From IMG/VR virus record IMGVR_UViG_3300044728_000147, positions 352 to 64,351 of that record: a stretch of 64,000 nucleotides of DNA. The stretch is one strand, 5' to 3'. Positions 1-9,836 of this stretch are shown here, one piece after another. Source of the stretch: a virus. Position 1 is the stretch's first letter, and each line of letters begins with the position of its first letter. The notes beneath the pieces were generated by a model, which saw nothing but the letters and a program-made list of their open reading frames with translations, made no database searches and was not told where the DNA came from. A program made the translations under genes and the position numbers.

Positions 1-240
1 CTCAGCCACTTCCCGTATGAGGGTGATCATTCCGAGGAAGAGCGCTACACCGAGTGGCGTCCCCTGAACCACGGCCAGATCCTCATTCACGGCCACGTCC
101 ACGGTCTCTGGCAGGTCCGGGGCACCATGATCAATGTAGGCATGGACGCTCACGGAGGCAGACTACTTCATCGAGATGAAGTAGTCTCCCTTGTTCACCA
201 GGTGGCCACTAGAATGAAGGGGCATGACATCCACCCCTGA
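1..240 (+). CDS. Metallophosphoesterase, C-terminal fragment (runs off window start)
   Basis: Frame 1 reads SHFPY...IHGHVH...INVGMDAH, the C-terminal motifs of calcineurin-like phosphoesterases. Confidence 0.75.
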   Translation, partial: LSHFPYEGDHSEEERYTEWRPLNHGQILIHGHVHGLWQVRGTMINVGMDAHGGRLLHRDEVVSLVHQVATRMKGHDIHP

Positions 241-343
241 AGTAGTGGCCGACAACGAGCTTCCTGGCCCGGATCCGGAAGGGTTCTGGGATCCAGTACA
301 TGCTGCCGTGAGAGCGTGGACCGAGGCCGATGACGCAGGATGA
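224..343 (+). CDS. Small hypothetical protein (MTSTPEVV...)
   Basis: ATG 8 nt after TAGAAT; overlaps next gene start. Confidence 0.4.
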   Translation: MTSTPEVVADNELPGPDPEGFWDPVHAAVRAWTEADDAG

Positions 344-3023
344 GCTACGAGGTGCGTACGAACGCCACAGAGGCTCTCAGGGCCGTCCTGAGGGCCTCTT
401 GGCCGCTGCCCGCCGTCAAGCTGCCCGTGAGTGGTTAGGGGGTATTGTAGAGGGTCTGACAGCCCTTCAGGTTGACGAGATTCTGGAGCTAGCCTGCCAC
501 GATGCTAGCTGCCGTCCTCCTACTTCAGGAGGTACCGGAGGATCGCTTAAGACTCAGGCCGGGTACCGAGGCATTCACGTGTATTTCACCACGTCCAACC
601 TCACTGAGGCCACCCGCGTATACTCGGGCAACGCCACTGTAGCCGACATGGACAAGATCCTGTCAGACGAAGACGTTGGGGCGAACTGGTGGACATCGAG
701 TGAGGGTGGCACTCTAGACGATGCTAAGACGTGGGCTAGTGGCATCGATGACGATCCGATCGACAACTTGGCTGATGAGATCAGGGACTACGATGAGGCC
801 TATATCGGAATGCAGCTAGCAATCACCGCCCGTCTCCCGGCTGAATTCCGTCACGAGTCCTCAGGGGATACTTGGGAGCACCGGGTTCCAAACACTGACA
901 AGCTAGTCATAGACGCCATTGATTACAGCGTGGACAATGGCAATACGTGGCACACTGTCAAGGTAAATGGAAAGATCGCGCGTAAGGTCACGTCTGGCCT
1001 AGGTGGTAGGCCCGATGAGCGGGATATACGGGCAAGCGCCGAAGAACTAGCCTGCCATGACGCCTCGTGCGCTCCCCCGCCCGTGGGGACCGGAGGCAGT
1101 AGTAAGGCCGGTGGTGACGTGAGTACGATCCTACGACGAGGGACTACGGCCGAACGGATAGCGTTTGCTGAGTCCCTGTTCAACCATGAACTACCTCACG
1201 AGTGCTCGTCCCACATCAAAAGCGATTCGTTTGAGGATGGGATCTTGGCGAACCCAAACAACAACGTGGTCGAGCTATTCATGGAAGGAAAGATCGTTGA
1301 TAAGAACGGTGAGCACATCGGGCACTTTGAACGTCATATCGAGGTGGAACGGGATGGATCTCTTACGGCCCATCACGATACTCTCGTAATTGATCCCGCA
1401 TGGCACGGTGTAGGCCTGGCCCAATCGTTCACGTCTCAATCAGTAGATCAGTACTCCAAGATAGGTGTTGAAAAGATTGAAGTTTTGGCAGCTATGGAAG
1501 TCGGTGCGTTTGCATGGGCGCGCCAGGGCTACCAGTTTGAACCGAAGCACGAGGCCATTCGTAAGCAATGGGTCGAGGATCGCCTGCTTTGGGTGAAGAA
1601 AGTGGCCGACGAAGGCACAAAGGACAGGTGGAGCGTAGAAGACGCTCAGCAGATGAAGAAGGCTGCTCAGGACCTCATCAACGCCTCAAATCGTGGTGAA
1701 CCTGTTCAACCAATCCACATAGCCTCGCTGGGTGAGGATCGTTTCCGATGGAACGCTACCGGATACACCCGCACTGCCGAGGGACCACATGAGTTCCAGT
1801 ACGAGACGTGGCCTGGTAAGGAGGTTCTGGTGAACTGGAACCAAGGCAACCCTGAGAGAGGGGATCCTTCGTGGTCCGGCATTAAGTACTTGAACGATCG
1901 AGGCGATTCGGTAGCCGCTGGTGCTGTCGAGATCGAAGAGTTCTACAGCCCGACACAGGCTCGTGACAAGGAAGGTAAGTGGACTCTTGGCGCCCGACAG
2001 AGACCCGCTGACATACCAGGACCACCTAGCGGAATACAGCCGGGGGTCGGGCATGTCCAAATCAGCGGCTACAACGGTGAGATGATGACCAACGCTGAGG
2101 GCTACAAGTTCCATGGTCCTCGCCATATAGCGGACGATATGGACCCTGAGCTACGAAAGAGAACTACGGATGATCTTCTCACACGTAACTTCAGAGGCGG
2201 TGGATCTGATTTACCAGGGCACTTAGAGGACTACATACGAGATTCAGGCTTTAACAATGGTGGGTCGATCCCCATTGGTTTAGCATTCCAAGTTGCCCAT
2301 CTGTATGAAGCTACAAGCTGGCCCGAGAAGGTTGGGTTGACTTATGCCCAAGTCGATAAGGTTCGCAATTTGATAGCGGATTATGACGACAACGTGATGA
2401 GAAACACGCTGATCCACAAACATGAGGACGTAGTAAAGCTCCATGACGCTATCTATGAGATAACAGGAGTGGACGCCACGACAGGCCTTATCGGTGCCAT
2501 CAATCGATCGTGGCAGGTTTCGGCTTCGGACACAATTTCTGTAGCTGCTCACCTCACCGTGGCAAAGACCCACGATGTAAGTGAGGGGCGTGAAGTACTG
2601 GGGGATTACATGCAGGGTGACAGACTCGCTAAGGCCGACGCTGCTCTGGCAGATATCGGAGAGGCCAATATGAAGGCCGTAACGGACGCTACCTACGCCA
2701 CCACTCAGCGAGAGTTGAACCGTCTGTTTCCAGATAAGACCTTGACGATTCATCGGGGTGTGGCCGATGATGCCTCATTTACGGATCTTGGAACTACAGC
2801 GTGGGTGAAGCCAAGCCCGCTTAGCTCATGGTCTACAGACAGTGCTACGGCCTCTGACTTCGCTGGAGACGACGGTTGGACGATGAGAATTCAACACGTG
2901 CCGCACGAAAACATCTATTCTCTTGCTACAATCACGGGCATGGGTTCACTGGACGAGCGAGAAGTCATCTTGATCGGTCACGAACAGAAAGCAGAGGTCT
3001 TCGGCCCCGATGACTATGACTGA
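330..3023 (+). CDS. Polyvalent protein: ART-like + GNAT acetyltransferase + ADP-ribosyltransferase domains, probably virion-packaged
   Basis: GNAT motif (LVIDPAWHGVGLA...AFAWARQGY); C-terminal R-S-E ART motifs (IHRG, LSSWSTD, EREV); weaker N-terminal YRG..WTS; two AC-x4-C-PP-GG tags and a QARDKEGKW motif. Confidence 0.65.
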   Translation: MTQDELRGAYERHRGSQGRPEGLLAAARRQAAREWLGGIVEGLTALQVDEILELACHDASCRPPTSGGTGGSLKTQAGYRGIHVYFTTSNLTEATRVYSGNATVADMDKILSDEDVGANWWTSSEGGTLDDAKTWASGIDDDPIDNLADEIRDYDEAYIGMQLAITARLPAEFRHESSGDTWEHRVPNTDKLVIDAIDYSVDNGNTWHTVKVNGKIARKVTSGLGGRPDERDIRASAEELACHDASCAPPPVGTGGSSKAGGDVSTILRRGTTAERIAFAESLFNHELPHECSSHIKSDSFEDGILANPNNNVVELFMEGKIVDKNGEHIGHFERHIEVERDGSLTAHHDTLVIDPAWHGVGLAQSFTSQSVDQYSKIGVEKIEVLAAMEVGAFAWARQGYQFEPKHEAIRKQWVEDRLLWVKKVADEGTKDRWSVEDAQQMKKAAQDLINASNRGEPVQPIHIASLGEDRFRWNATGYTRTAEGPHEFQYETWPGKEVLVNWNQGNPERGDPSWSGIKYLNDRGDSVAAGAVEIEEFYSPTQARDKEGKWTLGARQRPADIPGPPSGIQPGVGHVQISGYNGEMMTNAEGYKFHGPRHIADDMDPELRKRTTDDLLTRNFRGGGSDLPGHLEDYIRDSGFNNGGSIPIGLAFQVAHLYEATSWPEKVGLTYAQVDKVRNLIADYDDNVMRNTLIHKHEDVVKLHDAIYEITGVDATTGLIGAINRSWQVSASDTISVAAHLTVAKTHDVSEGREVLGDYMQGDRLAKADAALADIGEANMKAVTDATYATTQRELNRLFPDKTLTIHRGVADDASFTDLGTTAWVKPSPLSSWSTDSATASDFAGDDGWTMRIQHVPHENIYSLATITGMGSLDEREVILIGHEQKAEVFGPDDYD

Positions 3024-3156
3024 CGAGAAGCGAGTCCTGATTGACGACCCGGCCGTCTCGGATCCGGACTGGATCAAGCGCGTTGAGGAAAGACGCAGGC
3101 AGAGAGCCTTGACAGCGGCCCTCAAGGCGAGTAGGCTGAAGACACCAACCAACTAG
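3016..3156 (+). CDS. Small hypothetical protein (MTDEKRVLIDDP...)
   Basis: ATG overlaps end of upstream gene; 46 codons. Confidence 0.5.
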   Translation: MTDEKRVLIDDPAVSDPDWIKRVEERRRQRALTAALKASRLKTPTN

Positions 3157-3170
3157 CAAGGGGAACCGCT

Positions 3171-3362
3171 GTGAACTTGATGACGGCAGTGTCACTATTC
3201 GAAGAGGGCTTACTGAGCGAGGACGACGCAGTCTGGTTCGCTCGGGAGCTTGTCACGAGTGGTCTCGTGAACAGCACGGGCACGTACCAGCGTTTCGTAG
3301 CCTCGGTCATTGACGAGGTCAGCCCGGAGAATTTCTACATGGACGGAGAGTTATTCGCATGA
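3171..3362 (+). CDS. Hypothetical phage protein
   Basis: SD-like AAGGGG, GTG start, coupled to next ORF. Confidence 0.6.
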   Translation: MNLMTAVSLFEEGLLSEDDAVWFARELVTSGLVNSTGTYQRFVASVIDEVSPENFYMDGELFA

Positions 3363-3514
3363 GCGGCGCTGACGTTCGCTGGGTGCTTGAGTATTTCATG
3401 GAGCAGAGGTCAGAATCGCCTACTGTCGTCCTGGAGACCTTGCATGAGGCAGGAGCGCCACAAGGCGTTCTCAACGTTCTGTACGAGATGGCCGTTGAGG
3501 AAGCCAATGCCTGA
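3359..3514 (+). CDS. Small hypothetical protein (MSGADVRW...)
   Basis: ATGA overlap with upstream stop. Confidence 0.45.
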   Translation: MSGADVRWVLEYFMEQRSESPTVVLETLHEAGAPQGVLNVLYEMAVEEANA

Positions 3515-3783
3515 TGTACCCCAACCGGCACAGTGTACGATGAATTTACTCGTACCGGAGCAGCAATCGATTCTTGGTTTTATTCGTGATTGGAGGCATC
3601 GTGAACCCAAACCACAACCCGCACGCAGACAGCGCCGCTGACTGCTACTGCGAGGACTGCGAGGGCCTGCTCAGGCTCCACCGTCACCGCCCGGACTCGT
3701 GCCTCTTCGACGGCGATCAGCTTCGGGGCGACGGTGGTTACGGCGCTCAACAACATCGCTGGGACAAGAGATAGGCTCATGTT

Positions 3784-4287
3784 GTGGATCTGGTACTCGT
3801 GCTCAACGACACTGACGAGCCTCTTGGGCTTGTTGACGTGGAACGTGCTGTCACGCTCGTCGTGCTCGGCCGTGCCGCTGTTGTGCTCGGCACTGGTAGG
3901 GTGCTGCACTCTCTCCACACTGAAGTAGCTGAGCCGTCAGTGATTCGCCTGCTCCGCAAGGTCAGGCCCCGGAGAGGCGACAGGGTGCCGCTGTCCCGCA
4001 AGGCCCTGTTCGCTCGCGACAACTACGAGTGTGCATTCTGCGGCGGTCACGCCGACACAATCGATCACGTGACCCCTAAAGCTCACGGCGGTAAGCATGA
4101 ATGGGCAAATGTCGTGGCCGCTTGTAGCCCTTGTAACCACTACAAGGCCGACCGCACGCCCGAAGAGGCCGGAATGAAACTGCGCTTCATCCCGTTCGTG
4201 CCTACCCGTTCATACATGCTCAGTTCTCGCGGGCGCCCCGAGTGGGACCAATTCCTGAATCTTGATACGGTAGACGCAGACGCATGA
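3784..4287 (+). CDS. HNH endonuclease
   Basis: RDNYECAFCG..TIDHVTP..GG..W.NVVAACSPCN..K. Confidence 0.9.
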   Translation: MDLVLVLNDTDEPLGLVDVERAVTLVVLGRAAVVLGTGRVLHSLHTEVAEPSVIRLLRKVRPRRGDRVPLSRKALFARDNYECAFCGGHADTIDHVTPKAHGGKHEWANVVAACSPCNHYKADRTPEEAGMKLRFIPFVPTRSYMLSSRGRPEWDQFLNLDTVDADA

Positions 4288-5075
4288 GGATCCTGATCCT
4301 AGGGGACACGCACGCTCACGAGCCTGCCATGGTAGAGGCGTACCACGCTGCCACAGAGCTTGGCCTCGATCGAATCTTCCAGGTCGGTGATTTCGGTTAC
4401 TGGCCTCGTAAGGCAGGTCCTGGGGGTGAGTCTGACTATCTCTTCACTGTCAACCGGCTCGGTTCTGAGACCGGTATTCCCTGCTACTGGCTGCCCGGAA
4501 ATCACGAGGACTGGCTGAGCTACGAGGAATTGTTTCAAGGTCCTATGGACGATGAAGGGTTCGCTGTGCACGGCTGGATGCGGGCAACGCCTCGCGTTCA
4601 CCGTTGGACGTGGGACAATCTCAAGTTTGGCTCGATCGGTGGAGCATTCTCGATCGACCGTTCGATGAGGAAAGAGGGCTGGTCCTGGTTCTACCAGGAG
4701 GTGCCTACGTGGCAGGATGCTGAAGCTCTGGGCGACGATCCGCTCGACGTGCTCCTGACGCACGATGGCCCTGTGAACGTAGCGACCGAGATTTTGGGAA
4801 AGCGCTCAATTGACTTCGGCGTAGAGGCGGGCGAAGCCGCTCAGTCTCAGGCCGTTATCGCTCAGGCCATGCTCAACACCCGGCCATCGATCACGTTCCA
4901 CGGGCATTGGCACTGTCGGACGTTCTACAAGTACCAGGGCATGAAGGTGCAGCTACTTGATATGGCGTCCGGCAACCCGACCGTTCAAGCTGGCGCCGTC
5001 CTTGACACAGTGAAGAGACGGTGGTACTCTCTCAATGAGTTCGCTTACGAACAGGAAGGCACAGAGATTCCATGA
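4284..5075 (+). CDS. Metallophosphoesterase
   Basis: GDTH, GDFG, GNHE, THD, HGHWH motifs. Confidence 0.9.
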   Translation: MRILILGDTHAHEPAMVEAYHAATELGLDRIFQVGDFGYWPRKAGPGGESDYLFTVNRLGSETGIPCYWLPGNHEDWLSYEELFQGPMDDEGFAVHGWMRATPRVHRWTWDNLKFGSIGGAFSIDRSMRKEGWSWFYQEVPTWQDAEALGDDPLDVLLTHDGPVNVATEILGKRSIDFGVEAGEAAQSQAVIAQAMLNTRPSITFHGHWHCRTFYKYQGMKVQLLDMASGNPTVQAGAVLDTVKRRWYSLNEFAYEQEGTEIP

Positions 5076-5506
5076 CGGGACAACTGATCTACACCATTGG
5101 CCTACCGGGGTCCGGCAAGAGCACGTGGGCCGAGGCCCAGCGCGCCGCTGACCCTGACAACGTACGGATTGTGAACAAGGATGACATCCGGGCAACGTTC
5201 GGTTGCTCGTTTGAACGTGGTGATGAGCCAACAGTCCACTCGATCAGCCGTGCAGCGATCCGAGGATTCCTCAAAAACGGTCACGCCGTGATCGTATCTG
5301 ACTTGAACCTGACGGCCAAGGGGCAGCGCGAGCTTACGGACTTGGCGCTGGACTGTGGTACTTCCGCTACGTCAGTTGATTTCCGGCACGTGCCAGTCGA
5401 GCTTTGCATCGAGAGGAACACGGCTCGTTGGGAAGCTGGCGACCGTAAGGTGCCGAACGATGTCATCTACGACCTGGCCACTCGCTACGGCTTGACGATT
5501 TCTTGA
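5072..5506 (+). CDS. Polynucleotide kinase (AAA_33 / Pnk kinase domain)
   Basis: GLPGSGKSTW P-loop, NKDDIR, CIERN..R. Confidence 0.85.
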   Translation: MTGQLIYTIGLPGSGKSTWAEAQRAADPDNVRIVNKDDIRATFGCSFERGDEPTVHSISRAAIRGFLKNGHAVIVSDLNLTAKGQRELTDLALDCGTSATSVDFRHVPVELCIERNTARWEAGDRKVPNDVIYDLATRYGLTIS

Positions 5507-5507
5507 G

Positions 5508-5536
5508 TTGTCAAACATTCGAAAGTCAGGTAGGAT
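5508..5536 (+). promoter_or_regulatory. SigA-type promoter for a leaderless mRNA
   Basis: TTGTCA-17-TAGGAT, ATG 7 nt downstream (5544). Confidence 0.6.
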
Positions 5537-5543
5537 TCCAGAT

Positions 5544-6497
5544 ATGCGTAAAGTAGCGGGATTCATCGTCATGCTCGTCCTTCTGGGACTGGGCCTCAAC
5601 AACACGTCGTTCGCTGATAGCGGATCAAACGGCGCCTCGTACTGGGAGAACTACGGCCCTCATCCGGCTCAGTGCTTCAAGCACGACTTCAGTGTCGGAT
5701 CGGTGGCCCATGGGTCTTCGAACGGCACTTCCGTGACCCTCAACCCGTTCGACCCATCATGGCCTGGTGACCACTGGGAATTGCTGGTAATCAAGGGCGG
5801 GTCCGATCAGAACGGTGGTGGAGACAACGTGATCGTCCACCCATCAGCCGGGGTGGCTTACTTCCCGCCACTGAACCCGCAGTCGGGGACTACGTTCGGC
5901 GTGAGCCACTGGATCGTGTGCAAGGGAACGACCCCTCAGACCACTACGACCACTACGACCACCACGACGTTGCCGGAAGATACGACGACAACGACCGTGC
6001 CTGATACGACGACCACGATTCCCGAAGTAGCCACAACGACCACTCAGCCACCTGTTACGACCACGACGGATCCTCAGGTCACAACGACCACTCAGCCCGC
6101 CACTACTACCGTAGTTCCGGTCCCTCAGGTTGGCACGAGCGCACCGACCTTTGTGGATCCGGTGTGTGGTGACGTCAAGGCTGGTGTCTTTGTGGCTGAC
6201 ACTGTTGGAGTCGTCTACGACGTAACGGGAGATATTGCTCCTGGTGGAACAGTTACGGTGACGGCCACGGCCAGCGCCGGATTCGTCTTGGCCCCGGAGG
6301 CCGTGACGGTGTGGACCCACACGTTCGCAACGATTGACCCCAACTGTGAAGTCACGACCACCACGGTCAACCCGGTTGACACTCCGCTTCCGGAAACGGG
6401 CGGCAGCGACACCGGGAAGAAAATCGCAACAGTCCTTGCACTAATTGCTCTCGGTGGAGTAATGTTGCGACTAGGACGACGTAAGACGACCGCCTAG
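5544..6497 (+). CDS. Secreted LPXTG-type surface protein with Thr-rich linker
   Basis: Signal peptide (MRKVAGFIVMLVLLGL..SFA), poly-Thr repeats, LPETGG + hydrophobic helix + RRK tail. Confidence 0.8.
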   Translation: MRKVAGFIVMLVLLGLGLNNTSFADSGSNGASYWENYGPHPAQCFKHDFSVGSVAHGSSNGTSVTLNPFDPSWPGDHWELLVIKGGSDQNGGGDNVIVHPSAGVAYFPPLNPQSGTTFGVSHWIVCKGTTPQTTTTTTTTTTLPEDTTTTTVPDTTTTIPEVATTTTQPPVTTTTDPQVTTTTQPATTTVVPVPQVGTSAPTFVDPVCGDVKAGVFVADTVGVVYDVTGDIAPGGTVTVTATASAGFVLAPEAVTVWTHTFATIDPNCEVTTTTVNPVDTPLPETGGSDTGKKIATVLALIALGGVMLRLGRRKTTA

Positions 6498-6505
6498 GAG
6501 GTTCC

Positions 6506-7579
6506 GTGTTCGACACGGCAGAACTAACTGAATACGCCGCACAAGGCAAGATCAAGCGGAGTAGCCGAGATGGCTACTCCGTTTGGTGCTACACGCAGGC
6601 AACTGTCTACGATCGCCTCTGGGACGAGGTGACCATGGCCTGCCGTGGTCTCGTGACCCGCGACTCTGACGGTGCTCTGATTTCTCGGCCGTTCCGGAAG
6701 TTCTTCAACGTGGGTGAGCCTGAGGCCGTCGTGCGTCAGGATCGATTTTTCGCCTACGACAAGATGGACGGCTCTCTGATCATTGTCGGGCGCGATCCCG
6801 ACACCAACGAGGCCATCGTCAGCACCAAGGGTTCGTTCGACACCTGGCACAGTGAGACCGCTCACTACCTTCTGAGTGGATTTATTCCGCCGATAGGTGT
6901 GACTGTCATCTTCGAATTGATTCACCCCGACAACAGGATCGTGCTCGACTATCAGGGCTACGAGGGCCTGTACCTGTTAGGTGCGATCGACAATGAGACG
7001 GGTGCTGACGTTGGCACGTCCGAAGAGGTGGCTGATTACACCGGCTGGCACGGTGACGTTGTGACCCGTCGCTCGTTTGATCTGGGTCGGATGATCGAGA
7101 CCGTCAAGAATCCCGAGAACGGCGAGGGTCGCGAGGGATTTGTTATCGTGTGGCCGACTGACGAAGGTCCCTGGGATCGAGTCAAGCTGAAGTTCGCTCA
7201 CTACGTGCAGCTTCATGGGATCTACACTGGTTTGACCAACCGCAAGGTCTGGGAAGTGCTCCAGGACGATACGTGGGAGCAGTGGAACGCTCTTCTAGAA
7301 ATAGCGCCGGACGAACTGCACGACGCAATAAAGTCGTGCGCCAGGGAAATCGGTGACCAGGCTGAAGAGCTTGAGTTAGAGGCCGTGGAATTGGCTGGGC
7401 ACGTCTGGAGCTACCCACATCGCAAGGCTCAGGCCGAGTACATCTTGGCTCACTCACGACGTCCCGTGACGAGTCTGGCGTTTGCTGCCCTCGACGGTAA
7501 GAACGTGGGTAAGCTCGCCCTACAACAGGTCAAGCCTGAGGAAAGCCGTGTCCTGGCGACAACGCTCCGAGACGAGTGA
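6506..7579 (+). CDS. RNA ligase, T4 Rnl1 family
   Basis: CRGLV, RPFRKFFN, KMDGSL motif I, FELI, EGFV, VKLK. Confidence 0.9.
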   Translation: MFDTAELTEYAAQGKIKRSSRDGYSVWCYTQATVYDRLWDEVTMACRGLVTRDSDGALISRPFRKFFNVGEPEAVVRQDRFFAYDKMDGSLIIVGRDPDTNEAIVSTKGSFDTWHSETAHYLLSGFIPPIGVTVIFELIHPDNRIVLDYQGYEGLYLLGAIDNETGADVGTSEEVADYTGWHGDVVTRRSFDLGRMIETVKNPENGEGREGFVIVWPTDEGPWDRVKLKFAHYVQLHGIYTGLTNRKVWEVLQDDTWEQWNALLEIAPDELHDAIKSCAREIGDQAEELELEAVELAGHVWSYPHRKAQAEYILAHSRRPVTSLAFAALDGKNVGKLALQQVKPEESRVLATTLRDE

Positions 7580-7744
7580 CAGCACCGGCCCACGAGAGGC
7601 CGGTGTCGCTTTCATGCCCAACAAGGACTACACCGAGACGTTCCCGGTAGTGTCGTGCCTTAAGTGCGCTCGCCTGCTTGAGGTCATGTGGATGCCGGTC
7701 GAAGGCCCGGCCAAATGCGTCGGATGCGGGGTAGAGTTGGTCTG

Positions 7745-8008
7745 ATGACCGACACAGGGCCAATCTCCAAGAGCGTCATCGCCTTAGTGCGAAAGAGGAC
7801 GAAGCTGAAGAGACTATTGATTGAATTTCCTGATCGTGGAGATATCTACGAAGCGGAATTGCTCGTTGTAGAGCGGAAGATAAGGGACTCCGGTGCCTGC
7901 CAAATGTGTGGGCATCAACTGGGGGACGAAGACTCACTAGAGCGAGGTTACGGACCAACGTGCTGGATCAAGATACTGAAGGAAAGGGAATACGAGTCAT
8001 CGGACTGA
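7745..8008 (+). CDS. Zinc-finger hypothetical protein (DUF6011-like)
   Basis: CQMCG..L.DE.S..RGYGPTC. Confidence 0.65.
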   Translation: MTDTGPISKSVIALVRKRTKLKRLLIEFPDRGDIYEAELLVVERKIRDSGACQMCGHQLGDEDSLERGYGPTCWIKILKEREYESSD

Positions 8009-8529
8009 CGGGCTATGCCCGAAGCGGAAAGGATACCGCTGGGCGATACCTTGTAGAGCAACACGGTTTCACGCGAGTCTCATTTGCTGACGCTGTGCGA
8101 GATGCTGTTTATGTGTTGAACCCTCTGCTAGGTGCGCCGCAGGAGTACCCTGGCGTACGTACGCAGACCCTTGTGGACTCTCTGGGGTGGGAGCACGTCA
8201 AGGTGAATCACGAGGAAGCTCGTCGCTTACTTCAGGTGATGGGCACCGAAGTCGGTCGGATGCTCTTCGGAGAGAACGTCTGGGTGGATATCGCTGACCG
8301 TAAGATTCAAGCGATCGAGGGACCGGTAGTCATCACCGACGTTCGTTTCGAGAATGAAGCCGAGTACGTTCGGTCACACGGAGGCGAAGTATGGTGGGTG
8401 TACCGCTCCGGTGTAGGCCCCGTGAACAGCCACGCCTCGGACAATATCGACTTCGCTACCGACCTGATTGTTCCCAATGATGGGACGCTGGAAGACCTCT
8501 ATACCCAAATAGACGGTCTGATAAGCTGA
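7960..8529 (+). CDS. Deoxynucleoside monophosphate kinase (start uncertain)
   Basis: IGLTGYARSGKDT, SFAD, RRLLQ.MGTE, ITDVRFENE, HAS. Confidence 0.9.
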   Translation: MLDQDTEGKGIRVIGLTGYARSGKDTAGRYLVEQHGFTRVSFADAVRDAVYVLNPLLGAPQEYPGVRTQTLVDSLGWEHVKVNHEEARRLLQVMGTEVGRMLFGENVWVDIADRKIQAIEGPVVITDVRFENEAEYVRSHGGEVWWVYRSGVGPVNSHASDNIDFATDLIVPNDGTLEDLYTQIDGLIS

Positions 8530-8534
8530 ACCGT

Positions 8535-9800
8535 GTGAGAGCACTTGTTTCGTCGGTAGGCAACGCTACGCCCATCATTCCACTAGAGATCCTGTTCCTG
8601 AGCATTTGCGAGCACGGGGTCGAGGATTTCGCCTGCCACGACGCATCGTGTAGGCCCCCAACCAGCGGCGGTACGGGCGGATCGCGGAAGAGGGGTGGAA
8701 CGGCGGCATCAGGCGAAGGAACACACTACACACCGTCCGGAAACTTCGTTGGCAAGGCTGAGAACCAGGCAGACATCGATCGAGTAAGTGGTCGGGGCGG
8801 CGAGGGCAGCACTGGCACGGGTGGCCTTCTCACGGAGCCGTGGCTTGGTGAAGATGGCACCGTCAAGCTGAATGACAAGCAGAACGCCGCAGCAGCGAAG
8901 AAGTTGAATGAACTGGGTACGTCCGAGGCTGAGTGGACCGCCAACCTGGCGCACTATGCGGGCAAGAGCATGGACACCGATCCGGCGCAAGCTCTACGTG
9001 ACTCGAAATGGTACACGCACGAGCACGAGACGTGGGGAGGCCCGCTGGCGAAGGAGCATGGCATCACGGTGGAACAGGTCATGGCCGTCGCAGCGTCGTG
9101 CTCTACCAACAAGCAGTGGGATGGAGTAAAAAGCAGCAACAAGGAAGTCACGTCGAACATCCTCAAGATGCTGAAGGACGACATCACCATCACAATCACG
9201 CCTGAGCAGGCAGCGTCCTACGGCCAGTTCAGTATCGACAAGCCATCTGGTGGCGGCAAGTACGGTCCTCGCACGATTGAGGCTGGTGATTACAAGATGA
9301 GCCAGTTGTCCTCTGGCGTGCTGTCCCGTGTCATGGGCGCTGGATACAAGATTGGAGGCCAGTACGGCACTGACGGCCTGTACAAGGCATTCTCGGTAGC
9401 TCGTGGAGAGATCACACCGAACCAGGCAATCAGCAGCCTCAAGCAGCGCTCGTTCACGAACAACCTCGCAAAGCCTGATGTCAACTACTCATCCACGAAC
9501 GACTTCTGGATGGCCCGTGCCATGCTTGGAACCGGAGTCGTTAACTTGCCGACCATCGCTGGAATCGAGCGAGTCCCGCAGACTGTGCGCTCGTGGGAGC
9601 GGCAGGGCAATGGAACGCCCAACTCAATATTTGGCTCGTCCGGCACGGGATCGTCCAACCTGTTCGCCGTTGCCACCAGGTCCGCTCAGAACGCTCTCAA
9701 GACGCTTCAGAGCAAAGACAAGCGCTTCGACGGCATGAAACTGCACGAGTTCCAGGCGCTCGTCTGGGTCCAGATGCAGCGTGAATATGGAAACATCTGA
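8535..9800 (+). CDS. Tagged hypothetical protein with a possible HhH-glycosylase-like (DUF7178-type) domain
   Basis: ACHDASCRPPTSGGTGGS tag; WY...AVAASCS...W...N, TNDFWM, FQALVW pattern. Confidence 0.5.
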   Translation: MRALVSSVGNATPIIPLEILFLSICEHGVEDFACHDASCRPPTSGGTGGSRKRGGTAASGEGTHYTPSGNFVGKAENQADIDRVSGRGGEGSTGTGGLLTEPWLGEDGTVKLNDKQNAAAAKKLNELGTSEAEWTANLAHYAGKSMDTDPAQALRDSKWYTHEHETWGGPLAKEHGITVEQVMAVAASCSTNKQWDGVKSSNKEVTSNILKMLKDDITITITPEQAASYGQFSIDKPSGGGKYGPRTIEAGDYKMSQLSSGVLSRVMGAGYKIGGQYGTDGLYKAFSVARGEITPNQAISSLKQRSFTNNLAKPDVNYSSTNDFWMARAMLGTGVVNLPTIAGIERVPQTVRSWERQGNGTPNSIFGSSGTGSSNLFAVATRSAQNALKTLQSKDKRFDGMKLHEFQALVWVQMQREYGNI

Positions 9801-9836
9801 CTTGCATTCTGGTCGAGAAGGGAGTAAGATCTAGGT

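Noticed and set aside
3574..3774. Possible leader peptide or small ORF upstream of HNH
   Set aside because: Frame and start are ambiguous; no supporting motif
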